Below are positions 50,997-64,000 of a DNA stretch of 64,000 nt, one piece after another (the stretch's first letter is position 1; the number at the start of each line of letters is the position of its first letter). A program made the position numbers and the translations under genes. The stretch lies in NCBI RefSeq assembly GCF_964355755.1, contig NC_092671.1, positions 2,604,001-2,668,000 on the forward strand. The letters are read 5' to 3'. Below the pieces are notes generated by a model. It made no database searches. It had not been told where the DNA came from and saw only the letters and a program-made list of their open reading frames with translations. This DNA comes from Antedon mediterranea (Eukaryota; Animalia; Echinodermata).

Positions 50997-51990
50997 ACAC
51001 CGGGCTAGTATAAATATTTTCCTATCTGTTTCCTCCAAATCGAAACCATTTATTAATTTTATATAAAATGATCACGATACCGGAAATTATTTTCTTAAAG
51101 TATATTTATTGTTGATGCTTCTAGTATAAAATCTTTTAATACACTGCCAATTGCCAACCTGTCAATTAAATCTAATAACAAGAATTTTAAACAAATCAAT
51201 ATGTTATTAATTTTAACAAATACTCGTTTAAGTGATCAGCTAATAATGACAGGAGATTACAGTATCTTCCGGTTTTTACAGTGTGAGGTTGTCTATCATT
51301 GGTTTGAGACTCACGTTTTTCTGAAAATTTGAATTAATATCGGTTTTCTTCAAGGAAAACTTGTAGTGGTTTTCTAAGTAGTTCCTAAAATTAAATGAAT
51401 ACCACAACTCTATTTGAAGAAAGATTTTTGATGCAATAAAGTTTTGCAAGATCCTACTTTTCTGGAAATTGAGACATGCCATAAAGATATTACAGGTTCC
51501 TTGGGGCAAAAAGATTTTTAAAATTTGAAGCGATATTTTTTTCACGGGCAAACTAGTTTCTTAAATGAAGTTAAGTTTTGTGAATTCCACAACTCTATTT
51601 CAATAAAGTCTTTTGATGCAAAAGTTCTGCAAGATCTGTGTTTCAGCTGGAACCTGGATTTAGTATTTCATAGTACAGTAGTTCTCTTCCAGTCAACAGT
51701 GCCTAATTGTACACAACCGGACTGAAGGTAGATTATAACTTCACTGTACATAGAGTTGACAAATTGTTTATTCATGGACATCAATTGTGTGACACTACTA
51801 GTCTTTAGGCCTATATTTTGGTTCTTCGAAAAAGTAAAATTGTGTCAAAAGAAGTAATCGTTTTCTGCAATTCAATCTTTTTAAAAACACACCAGTATGA
51901 GCACTATGAAAGAATGGGCTTTGAAAGAATATTATCTGATAATATATTATTTTGACACAATTCCTTGTATTTTGTAAATGGTAAATTATC

Positions 51991-54098
51991 ATGGATAACT
52001 GTACAGGAGACATATTTGACATGCTCGGGCGATCTAGTTTGGATTTTGTACTGAATACATTTTCTGTATTTGCACCACTGTCATTTATAGCCAATTTGTT
52101 AGTGGTCGTTTTATTGTTGACAAATAGAAAGTTAAGAAAAACTAAAAATATTTTTATTGGTTTATTGGCAGTAATTGATGCTTTGTTGAGTGTATTAGTT
52201 ATTCCCGGATTTCTTAACATATATAGAGATTTTCATATATTGTTTGAGTATTTAGCATTCATATGTGATGGATTTTTATTGTCATCTACTTTGACAATCA
52301 CAGCCATAGCGGTGGATCGATCAATAGCTCTTGTGTGGGCGCCGCTTCGATACCACAACATAGTCACAATGAAACGTTACATAATTGTATCCATTTTAAT
52401 TGTTATTATGCCATTTTTAATACTTTTAATATTGAAATATATTATTGATGGAAACGCATTTATTATCTTCTCTTCTATTGTAATTTTATCTATGATTACA
52501 ACTATTTTCATCTATGTTAATATTTATAAGCAGCTTCAGAAAAATCGGTCTGAACTACATACAAGTTTAAATGAAATAGAAGAATTCAAAAAGTTATTTA
52601 ACCGATTCACCACGATAAGCGCTTAAAGCGCTCAAAAGGTTAAAAGTCAAGGTCATTGTAAACAAATTTTCAACAAAAAAAAAGTAAATCGAATTTACAT
52701 GCGCAGTTTGCTGTGCATGAATCGTAACAACAAATTATACAAAATACTCACAACTTTTTTTTTAAAAATATGCTTCTAAATATATAAAAACAATTGTTGA
52801 AGTTAGTTTGAAAATAAAATTCGAAAATATAACCGTTTTTCGAAGCACGCTGTTCGAAACGCGACAGGCGCGTTGAATGAATCTAGGCCTAGACATACAA
52901 CGTAAAATCGTCTAAAATCCATCTTTATTTCTAATAATCACTATTTTGAAGCTTGTATACAATAAATGTATAATAAATAAAGATTATGTATCAGTTACAG
53001 TGTCTAAATCGTCATATTTCCATGTAAAAATGTGATTTTTCTACCGGAGAAAAGTCGTGAAGATGTCCTCACAAGGGCCGCGCCATATTGTTTACCTTTG
53101 ATTGTAATATGAACCCTGACATGTCAGATGCATTATGGGCATGAAATATTTGTTCAAACTCTGCGCAAAGGTCAGTTTATTGAAGCATAACTTTTGACAA
53201 ACATTTTGATACCAAACTTGTTTTAATTTCATAAGTTTTCGACGCATTTTCGTCAAATTTTCTGCAAGCTACACGTCTAAAATAGCGGACTAAGCTCCCG
53301 AGGGATGCCGGTGCGCGTGGGAATCGCGAATTCCAAGTCGCTTTCGGGATGTTTTTTTTAACATTCCCGGTGAACAAACAGCGGCGAGGACGCTCTCGGG
53401 GCGGCTCCCGATAGGCCTAGGCCCCATATGGTCATCGTCGGATGAGTCAGTCTACTAATTTCTTCATAATTTCGAAACCGGTCATTCATAATGGTCAAGT
53501 TTGGTCTTATTTTGAAGAGAAGAAATAGGTTCTGATGAAGAGATGAGTTTTATTATGAAATATTTATTAATTTTTGTGCATTTGGTAGTCAAAGATAAAT
53601 TACAAATTTTTAATAATTTTCCTAAAATATTTCTAAAATTTGCATAATCCATACTCCGCCAAAATAAGTTGTAACACAAATTTGAAAACATATTTGGAAA
53701 TAAAATGTCCTTTGCATTATTTTTGTTTTTTAATTTTTTTAATGTCTGTGTTTAGAAAAAAAGTTAGGGTTAATTATATGACATATGCTTTTTGGGTCCC
53801 AGGGGAGCAAAATAAACTTAGGGGTCAATGGGTTAAAGCTTTTAGTATTATTATCGGAATTTTTGTGGTAACATGGGCGCCAAATGCAATCTTACTTTTA
53901 ATTTTGTCATTCGTAAGTTGTTCATCTATACCAGATTTTATTAAGACCATTACTACGATTAGTTTTGCTACTATTATTTTTAATTCATTAGCAAATCCTA
54001 TCATTTATTGGTTTCATCTAACGGAATTCAGAAACTCGTTGAAGAATTTAATTAAAAAAGAAAATATTAATAAACTATTTACTGTAAGCAATAATTAA
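51991..54098 (+). pseudogene. GPCR subfamily D (D2) split in ICL3 by a transposon; 290 aa if rejoined
   Basis: Joining 51991-52601 to 53837-54098 gives 873 nt reading ..EEFKKLFKAFSIIIG.. with no other lesion. Confidence 0.9.
52602..53832. mobile_element. Non-autonomous piggyBac-like element (1231 bp)
   Basis: TTAA duplicated at 52598-52601 and 53833-53836; CC...GGG ends; imperfect TIR CCGATTCACCAC vs CCCATTGACCCC; no transposase ORF. Confidence 0.82.
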
Positions 54099-57000
54099 GC
54101 AAGTGATGCAGTTTCAGGAAATATACAGGAGCTGGCTACCGATTTATTACCTTTCCTACCGCCTACTCATTTAGTCCCCTGTTTTTACCAGTTTCTTAAA
54201 AAATTAATATTATTACTACTTATTAATTTGATAACCCATATCATTATTATATTAGTAATGAATAGCGCCCCATGTGTTGATAACACAATTTTTGAAAGTG
54301 TTTGTCATTGGAACTTTCCAGCTATTTCTTGTTTCTTTTTTAAATGAATATTAAAGCCAAATTGTCATCTAGTGTAGGCAGACTTTGACATACATAGATG
54401 TCAAAGTTAATCAGTCAAACATGATATATTGTATTGTGTACTAATACTGTATTGTTATCTAGTGTAATCATATTTGTATCAATATTATCAAACCAAATAA
54501 GTTACTAAAGCCTGGTATAACACAGACAATAGAGGGGGCTATACTAATTTTATATTATAGATTATTTTATGTTATGTAACCATTGATGAATATAAAATAA
54601 TTTTGAAGCATAATTCAAAGCTATATCTACCTCACATAAAAAATGGAATAATATTTATTGGTACAATCAAATAGGTATTTGTGAATAATATTTATTCAGT
54701 ATATTGTTTAGAAATAAATTGATATTAAAATAATTGATTAGAATTGCTATTGGTAAAAAGTTATTAGATGCTAAAACTATAGAGGGGGTAATCATAGTTG
54801 ATACATATGTCAAGAAAAGGAATTGAAAGTCTGTGTATTTACAATAACAAGTAAACCTCTCACAAATAGGATTATTGTCCCATTGGGATTGTACAGGGAC
54901 ACAGTGGTCACACAATAGATATTTTGGGAGAGAATTTACAGTAGTAACGACTATTTGTGTTTTTTTGCTTGTTTTTGTCAGCTTTTCATTTTATTTCCCT
55001 TGCAAGAATAGTAATAAATAAATATCAAATTTAAATGTATACGCATATACAAATTTAAATATTTCTGTGTTATTTTTTCCAATAAATATTTTTTTTAATG
55101 AAATTTGTCTTGGATTACTTTACATTTGTTAAAACCATTACAGTACATGATTAAGTATAAACCCTCAACATTTAGCTTAAATTATACTGTATTTGGTCAT
55201 GTAGTACATCTTTAAATTTCCCTTACTTGCACAAGTTGTATCTTACCAGAAATTCTTCAACAATTTCCAAAAAGGAGAGGGAATTAAATTTAATTAGGAG
55301 GTTGGCTTATACTCTGACATGGGATTACACTCGGTCACTCGGTTTATCTTGAAAAATCAAATGGCCAAAATATGAGTTTCACACATTCAAATGCATTTTA
55401 CACAAATCCCAAAGCGCCTGGTTTTGAGGTGGCTGTACACATATAAAACAAGTATGTCTTACCAGCGAATCTTCTTCAATTTCCAATGACCAGTGACGAG
55501 GGCCTACAGGGGGGTAAGCAGACCTGTACCACCAATATGAGGCCATTGTGCACCTTATATCCACCACAATAGTAATTCCTATGTGTGCATAACTTGAACT
55601 GTTTTTATGTTATATTCCAAATAGTATTATCCATCAAAAAGGCAAATATGCTATTTCAGTCAATCCATTATTTAACATTACTTCCATGTATATTATTTTG
55701 AGTATAAAACCATGTTGAGTTATTTTTGTAGATTATCAACAGCTATACGCACATTCTACTTCAAATAATCATAGCTTTTTGCAGTTCAATATGTTGACAA
55801 ATGAGACATCAATTGAAAATGAAATTAAACTTCCAAAGGCTTTATAGTTTGAAAGAGTCATAGACATTCAGTTTTTGATTATTTCTTGACAAAATGCGTT
55901 GAAAAAAATCATTATGTAGCAGACAATCATAATCCAACGATAAAATAGTTATTTTTAGAAGTCATCAAAAGTAGCTTTATTGATCATTATAAAGAAATGT
56001 TCATCCTCATCTTGGAGACTGCTACAATCCGTAACCATAAAATATTCTGTTATATGTTTTTCTCTCTACCGACTTGTAATAAACAATTAGTAAACAACTC
56101 GCAAATTGTAAATTAAAGACGTTCAACTTTTAATGGTGATGACTTTTAGTAAACCTATGGTATGAAATGACATTATGATGAAAAAGAATACTAGCAGTAC
56201 ATGAAAATTACATTTTCTGTAGACATTATTTGAAACAATTAGAAAGAAGGAAACAAATTAAAGTCTATGTGGGGAGGGAGGGGGAGTTTATTCAAAGCGG
56301 GAGGCTTATTCAAATAAATATGATAGGCTATGAAAATAATTCAGGTCAAATTATTTTCATTAGCTAAGTTTGATGATAAATTTTAACCTTCATCTTATAA
56401 TTGGTCATGATTGATAAATAAAAACAAATGTCTTACCTGAATTTTTATAAATTGAAATTTTTAATTTCAAGTATAATTAGCTTTGTTGGACTTATGATAA
56501 AATAAAAATTTCTTACCTGAATTCTGTCAGTAACTTTTAAATTTAAAGTTCACTCCTACTAGCATTACACTATTTCTAGCAAGACTATAACAGCCTCTAA
56601 TTTAATACCATAGTGTACCAATACAAGAGTATCATGGCTTTGCTTCACAAAAAGAAAGGCTAGCAGTTTAATCCAATTTGTAGCTTGAAAAGACAGAGTT
56701 CTTGTGTTTCTTGCCGACCAAACAACTCTTACAATAGAAAGCGTCTTATTCCAATAAATATATAATGTGATTAATTCCAATGATACCCTATAATATTTAA
56801 TCTTAAAATCTAGTAATATAATAAGAGTTCAGTGGTAAAGTTTCTATTTCCATTTTTTTATATTTCACAATATTTAGTGATTGTAGTGGTCTTTATATCT
56901 GCCAGTCCAAAATAGGACCAAATGAAAAATGTTGAGAAAAAAGACTGGAATGAACAGTTGAAAAGAAATCAAGTAGCAAGTATGCTTAACTAGAGTTAAG

Positions 57001-58051
57001 TCTGCATATAACTGAATTAAGCGGGGTTAAGCCTATTCAAATCATATCCGATTTACATCAACATAATCGAATGAGTGATTGGTTTACTCTCTTGTTCACA
57101 CCAGTATTACTTTGATGTACCAACAGCTTTGTACAACCGTGTAACGTTTGCCCACACACATTAAACTTTGTCTTATAGTCCCAATACTGGTCACACACAA
57201 ACCTGATTACCTATGTTTTTGCTAAGCCTTTCCTATTCTGACAACTGAACACACCTGTAGAAAGAATACCACACAAGTGCTCTATATTTTTAACAAATGT
57301 AGGCCTAGATTCGTTGACTAAACACACAATGTAAAATAATGATAATTACCTGCATGCTTCTATAGTAACAGTCAAGCTATATATCTCACTTTTATGTTAT
57401 TACTGACCTACATATAATGTAGTTATAGCATATATTCTGCTACACAAAGCTTAGATGGCGTTACCAGCTTTCATACGTAATTATAATACATCAGTTATGC
57501 ATTTTATTTATTAATGTATAACGCTGAGTTTAACACCAGGTAAGCAGTACGGTACCACACCAGGCTAGTAATACGCTTAAACTAACGAGTCTAACAACAT
57601 GAATAATTATATTACAAAAATTATAATTTTGTAAATATTAATAATAAAAATTATTAAAATGAATTTTTTAATATCAAAATATATGTCATCATTGGTCATC
57701 TAAAGAAAAACACGGTAAATTTCTTATTACAATTAAGATTATATCACCTACTTAATATAAATCCATTGACCTTGAAACTGGTATTAATTACGCAAATATA
57801 ATAATTTAATTTCATATTTATAGGTGGATAGATTTTTTAATATAACAACTACGCAGTATTATTAAAATGTCTGAATTTAAGGTATGACGAGGGAAGGTGT
57901 GGAAATTTGATAGATGTTACCAAAATAAAGAATTATTATAGAGATTAAATAATACTAGCAGATATATATATTCATATACAAGACATCTAGGAGCGATACT
58001 CATTAGCTTTAACCCTCTGATCATAACTTTACTATTATTACTTTATATTAT

Positions 58052-58583
58052 TTACCTCGGCAAAGGAGTGTTTGTTTGTTTGTTTGTTTGTTTGTTAGCA
58101 GGATTACTCAAAAAGTAATTACAAGATCTTTCCCAAAATGCAATTCTGGACCACTTTTAACAATTATTTTCAGAAATTTCAAAAGCCGGTGCAGTCTTAA
58201 TTAATAAGTAAACAAAAATTGTATTTTCTCTAGAACTACTTGTCCAAAAAACTTTATTTTTGTACAAGAGGCAAGAATTATATGTTGTGATTTGTACCTT
58301 TAAAACATAATTACATTTAATGTATAAGTTTTTTGTTGCGAGTAGTTTAAAAACCCTATTTGTTTGTTTTTCGCGTTTCTGTTCTATTGTTAGTCGGCTG
58401 AAGCTATTGTTAGTTGAAAGGCGGGTTACATAACCTTTACACCAAACTCGCATACATATGCTTGTAGTGAAATTAGCCTAAATCACACACAGCACTAAGA
58501 CACACACTTTACGGTGACTAAATCTGATGTAGAAGAATTTTACAGTAGGCGGAGGTATGCACTCTCGGAGTGGCTTTCTAGTT
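58052..58583 (+). mobile_element. Second HINE/DINE-1-like element
   Basis: TTACCTCGGCAAAGGAG, (GTTT)n, and a 3' end AATTTTACAGTAGGCGGAGGTATGCACTCTCGGAGTGGCTTTCTAGTT shared with 47503-47550. Confidence 0.78.
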
Positions 58584-61074
58584 CTTCATATTTTTTAGCT
58601 GTATTAAATGACTACAGTACTACCATCTTCTGTTAATTGTCATAGTTTACTATTTCTTTCTAATCACTAACTAATTATTTTATTGAAATTGGTGATATTG
58701 ATAAGTAATGTATTAATTTGTGTGTTTAGAAATATCTAAATGGTTAAATATTAGTTTAACAGTAGGTATATTTCTATTAATCCATACTGTGTAGTGTTCA
58801 TTTATTTACAACCAAAATTGAAAAAAAAAATAAATGGGAGAAAGATTAAAGATTCGAGAAATGTTATTGGTTTAAAAATAAAAATGTATGCCAATATATC
58901 TCGTATACACTCTGTTGGGCCCTAAAGGTGTCCCCCTAATAGGGGTTCTATTGTACTATATAATATAGCCTACCTTACTATGAATGCTTCAGTTCGTCCC
59001 ATATCTATACTACTACAACTTTGTGATATAATACAGTAGCAAGGTGGTGAGAATTATGATGTATTTGTATATTCTCTTAAATCAATATTGATAATCTATA
59101 CTGAAACACTCCTCAATGTTTATCAACTGTGTTACCTGTACAAACCATATGTCACCAAAAACGTTACCAAATGTGATGTCATTATGACGCAAAATAAGCA
59201 TAAAAGGTTAAAAGAGAATATTTTTTGTTCAGAACATAAATCAAATTATTAATAATTACGATTTACAAAATAAAATAAAATGTCAGAAAAATGTGAGTTT
59301 TTAAAGTTGCCTGAAAATGACGTTGTCGGACATATATTGTTGTTGTTGACCGATAGAAACGCTTAAACCAAATTTAAATGGTTTCCCAACCATTTTTTAA
59401 CAAATGTAAATATTGGTGGTCTGGGTCAATCATCAATATAGATTTTAAATCTTAACCTTAAAAGTTTTAAAACTTAATGTAACTCATTGTAACTCACCTT
59501 TGACTGGAAAACAGACTTTATAGTTCAAAGACTAAAAGACATGAGTAGCCTACATCGTTATTGATGACATCATAGAGTAAAACAAAACTAATATCAAGAA
59601 TAAAATACTTTTTAAATCATTACCTTGCTTCATACTATATTTCCATTTGTCTATTAACAATCTCTGATAGAACAAAGTAGTTTTCAGTTGCCTGAGATTG
59701 GGTTTTAGGATCAAGATTGATTACCAGGTAGAAGTACTGTACCTCTAAAAATCAATACTAGCAACCATTGATTGATACTGTACACCAACATAAACATAAA
59801 GATATTGTTTCTTATTAATAATAATTATATTATCCAATTAGGACAAGCTAATGCAATGATGTAGCCACAAAGAAATAAAGTGGTGCTGTTTTTGCACGAA
59901 AGGGGAACAATCTATGTTCAAGCCACTGGGTTGTCAAAGGCCCCTGTGAAAAAGTGGTCAGGTTGAAAAATTACCAACCATACTGGTGGCTATGACCCTG
60001 CAATGGAAGACACATTAAAAGTTTAAGATAAATATTTTTCTGTGTATATAGTTAAAGACTACACAAGTTTGTCTGTGACGTTATCAAGCTTGGTTTGGAC
60101 TTGGACGCAACGCAATGACATTGGCACAACGAATTGACCAATTGCAAACGACAGGGTTCAGCTTTATAGTATACTCCATAAGAATCTTATTTTTAAATAG
60201 AATCCAAATAATTATATGATATTACTTACTTTGCAACAGTAACTTTACTCGATATGTAAAAATATATAAAAAACACCCCGATTTTATCTTTTACATTACG
60301 TATCTTACTACTGTATATGCTCAGTATTTTTTAAATACTTACGCTATAGTTGGTTCCGTAGTCGTAACTCCTAAGATACACAATTTACCTGACAAATGAT
60401 ACCTACTTTACTTATATGCAATCGATTGTTATACAGTGATCCCTTTAATGGCTTTAGCAAATAAAAGCAATCAAGATGTTTACATTGCCGAATCTATTTG
60501 ATCAGGAATCAGATGGGAATAAAGGAAAAAGGTCAGGAATTAATATTGGAATAGCCTAGGGATAAAGTAAGATAAATGTAAAGTTATGAAAACATTGTAA
60601 TAATATGACCCAAATGAATAAGTGCCTCGCTTCAATAATAAACCAATATAAAGTAATGTAATTATAAGTAATATTCATATACATTTTGCTAAATACTCTT
60701 TATGTTATGAAATTCTAAACAATTTTACATTACTTTATTTTTTTAACTTTTTTTTTAGAATTGAATTCACAAAATGCTTTCAGCATAATTTGCCTTATTA
60801 CTGATGGCACTTTTTTAATTTACTTAAAAAAAGGGTTTTAGGCAATTTTAGATATTATCAATCAAACTAAAGTGCATTTTTAAAACAGAAGATAAAACAG
60901 AACACATTCTACAACTGAAAATTTTATCTTTATGTAGTATATTATTATTTTTTGTTTATGAAGAAGGGTTAAAATGAATGTACGGTGTAGTACAATGGCT
61001 CGCTAGTTGATTAGCTGTACCGGTACAACAAACACATATCTGGACCTATTTGAATTGCCTTATTTAACAACATA

Positions 61075-64000
61075 ATGACTCTATTTAGTTGTTTGATGAC
61101 GTTACTCTGCACATTATTTCTGAGATCAATCATATTTCAACCAGGTTCATTTGATTGTCTGGTTCGTCAACTCAGCTATCATAACGAAAATGTTCACTAT
61201 AACATCCGTGTCGGTGAGTCATGTTCTCTTTTTTTGCATACATGTGCTAGCATTAATAACACCACAAGAAAACGATATATAAGTAGGCCTGTGAGATATT
61301 ACGCCAATCATTATTCGACTTTTAACCTATGTTTGTTGGTTAGTGGCGACATTCATCCTCACCCAGGCCCAGAGCTGATGCATAGGAACAAGAGCCAGCA
61401 TATTGGAAACGGTAATAGTACGAAGAATACATGTGAATCTTGCGCTAAAACGGCGAGAAGCAATCAAAAATGTCTGATTTGCTGTGAATGTCATCACATA
61501 TTTCATATCAAGTGCATACCTATGAGCAGCGATAGTTATGTGTTTTATCAAGATAATCCATGGGCGTGTAACATCTGCTCCCTACCACAACTATCGGACT
61601 CATTTTTTGACAACTCATTGAACAACAACAACAGTATATTGTCACTTGCATCCAGCAATACATCAACTGATTCTTCCATCTTTGAAACTAACCTTATTCA
61701 AGTTGCTTTATTTAACGCCAGAAGTGTGGTGAATAAGATCGAAGAATTCCATGCGCGTATCGCAATTGATGAATTGGATATCTTGATTGTCACAGAAACG
61801 TGGCTGGACTCCTCTATTGATAGTACGGAACTGTTTCCAGACTCATTCGTTGTGTACAGAAAAGACCGTTCAAGACACGGTGGTGGTGTTCTGTTAGCTT
61901 TGAAGAACGCATTTAAATCCTCTATTGTTGACTTTCCTACTAACATTGAGGTCAAAATTATTGAAATAACTGTAAATAACAATTTTAACGTTTTAATATG
62001 TGCTGTTTATAGGCCACCGAGTTCAAATGACGATTGGCTCAATCAATTCCACGATGTCGTTGATTTTATCCTTTCTATTTTACATAAGTACTGTGGTGTA
62101 ATTTTAACTGGTGATTTTAATTATGATTACGGTGTTGATAGTCCCTTAGTTTATAAGAAATTTAAAGAAATTATTGCTCCACTTGATACCATACAATTTG
62201 TTGATTTTTTTACTCGTGTATCTAACACCAAAAGTAGCATTATTGATCTGGTCTTGTGCAATAACCCTGACATTGTATGTAATTTCAGAAGTCATCCCGG
62301 TCTCAGTACAAGTGACCACCTTGGGGTTTATTTTAATATTAACGCTAGATGCAGTAAAGTTAAACCTGTAGATAGATATTATTATCAATATAGTAAATGT
62401 GACCATGACGATCTTTTTACAACGTTGGGGGCGGTTCCTTGGGGACTGTGCCTGGAACAATCAGACTGTGAGGAAATGTGGGAAAATTTTAAAGACCTCT
62501 TTCTCGCCACTATCAACGATTGTATCCCTAAAGTCAAAAGTAAAAAAAGAAACAGGCCAGCTTGGATAACTCAAGAAATGGTTACCATGGCTCGTAAAAA
62601 GAAACGAATGCTAAAAGAGGCTCATCGTCATCCTCATAACCTAAATAAGATGGACAAATATAGAAAGTTTAGTAATAAATTAAGAAACCTAACAAAAAAA
62701 GCTCATTTACAATATATTAGGAAATTAAGTGTCGCCTGTGTAAATGGTGACTCCAAACGTTTTTTTAGTTATGTTAAGACAAGGCGTAAGACTGGACAAG
62801 TCAAAAACTTTGTTTTTAATGGTATACCCTTGGTTTCCGATATCGATGCGGTAAATGCATTTTCCACATTCTTTGCGTCAAACTTTAACGAACCTAATCG
62901 TAATTTCAATGTTAACCATGAGATCTGTAATTGTGTTCACCCAGATATTGTTCCCCTTAATAACATTAATATTACTGAAAAAACTATTTTCGAGGCTCTA
63001 TTGTCATTGAAACCCAACAAATCCCCTGGACCAGACGGGATTACACCTAAAATGTTATCCATGTCAGCTCCAATTATTGCCCCAGTGTTGTGCAAAATGT
63101 TTAACAAGTTCTTAACGGATGGCTTTGTACCAAAAGATTGGAAACTCGCAAATGTCACTCCTATTTTTAAGTCAGGTAATCGTAACGATGTTAATAATTA
63201 TCGACCCATATCGCTATGTTCTATTATAGGTAAGGTTTTTGAACGTATTATAGCAGATAACATTCTTTTTCATCTTCAATTTTTTGGATTTATAAGTCCC
63301 ACGCAACACGGGTTTTATCCAGGTAGATCGTGTGTTACACAGGCCTCAGCGTTATATCATGATTGGTCACAAACAATGGATGTTAGACAACCTCCTGTAA
63401 TTGATGCAATATTCCTTGATTGGGAGAAGGCCTTTGACCGTGTTCCCCATGATTTAGTAATCAAGAAACTGCACAACATGGGAGTATGTGGATCTCTCCT
63501 AAAGTGTCTTCACTCCTTTCTCAGTGACAGATTCCAACGTGTTGTTCTTAACAAGGAGCATTCTGATTGGGATAGAGTGGGCTCGGGTGTTCCTCAGGGA
63601 TCAGTGTTAGGCCCGCTTCTATTTAATCTCTTTGTTTATGACCTACCTCTAAATACCTCTTCTGTTATGAAGCAGTATGCAGATGATACTGTAATTTATA
63701 AACCTGTATTCAGTCGTCATGATGCACTTACCTTACAACAGGATCTTTGTAAAATTTCCAAATGGTGTGAGGATAATAAAATGAAATTAAATGCAAAGAA
63801 GTGTAAAGTCATGCACATAACTAGGAAACGTAATTATATCCCTCATTTTATTTATACAATCGAATCCAATCCCCTTGAAGCTGTTAATTCACATAAATAT
63901 CTTGGTATTAACTTCTCACGTGATTTAACATGGTCTGCTCACGTTAATGATGTATCGATGAAATCAATGAGAATGCTTGGGTTTATCAAACGGTTTGTAG
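61075..64000 (+). mobile_element. Non-LTR retrotransposon (CR1/L2 group) ORF: 2A-like + PHD + APE endonuclease + reverse transcriptase; runs off the window
   Basis: Manual translation shows 975 codons with no stop. Motifs: SGDIHPHPGP; C4HC3 PHD; NARS, TETWL, YRPP, GDFN, SDH; PGPDG, NYRPISL, QHGF, FLDWEKAFD, GVPQGSVLGP, YADD. Confidence 0.95.

Noticed and set aside
26361-52220. Recurrent antisense ORFs (MERSTAIAA.., MLADISII.., MKRFCIL..)
   Set aside because: Shadows of the conserved sense GPCR codons; lengths vary and there is no independent signal.

Overview
AT-rich eukaryotic (animal, probably marine invertebrate) genomic DNA; it is not prokaryotic. 1-25 kb is mostly non-coding and carries MITE, SINE and Penelope relics, minisatellites and an apparently complete type I hammerhead ribozyme (13327-13398). 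25.2-54.1 kb is a head-to-tail + strand array of intronless class A (rhodopsin-like) GPCR genes in four subfamilies (labelled A-D here). It has 7 intact ORFs, one copy cleanly split by a TTAA-specific transposon, 5 near-full-length pseudogenes and several fragments. Minisatellites and Harbinger, Kolobok, Helentron-type and piggyBac-like elements lie between the genes. The receptors share DRS instead of DRY, lack the TM3-ECL2 disulfide, keep an N-terminal/ECL3 Cys pair, look mosaic, and mostly share a Pbx/Meis-like upstream motif. From 61075 to the window end is an uninterrupted CR1/L2-group LINE ORF (2A-like motif, PHD, APE, RT) that the ORF track missed because it runs off the edge. All alignments, folds and translations were done by eye.
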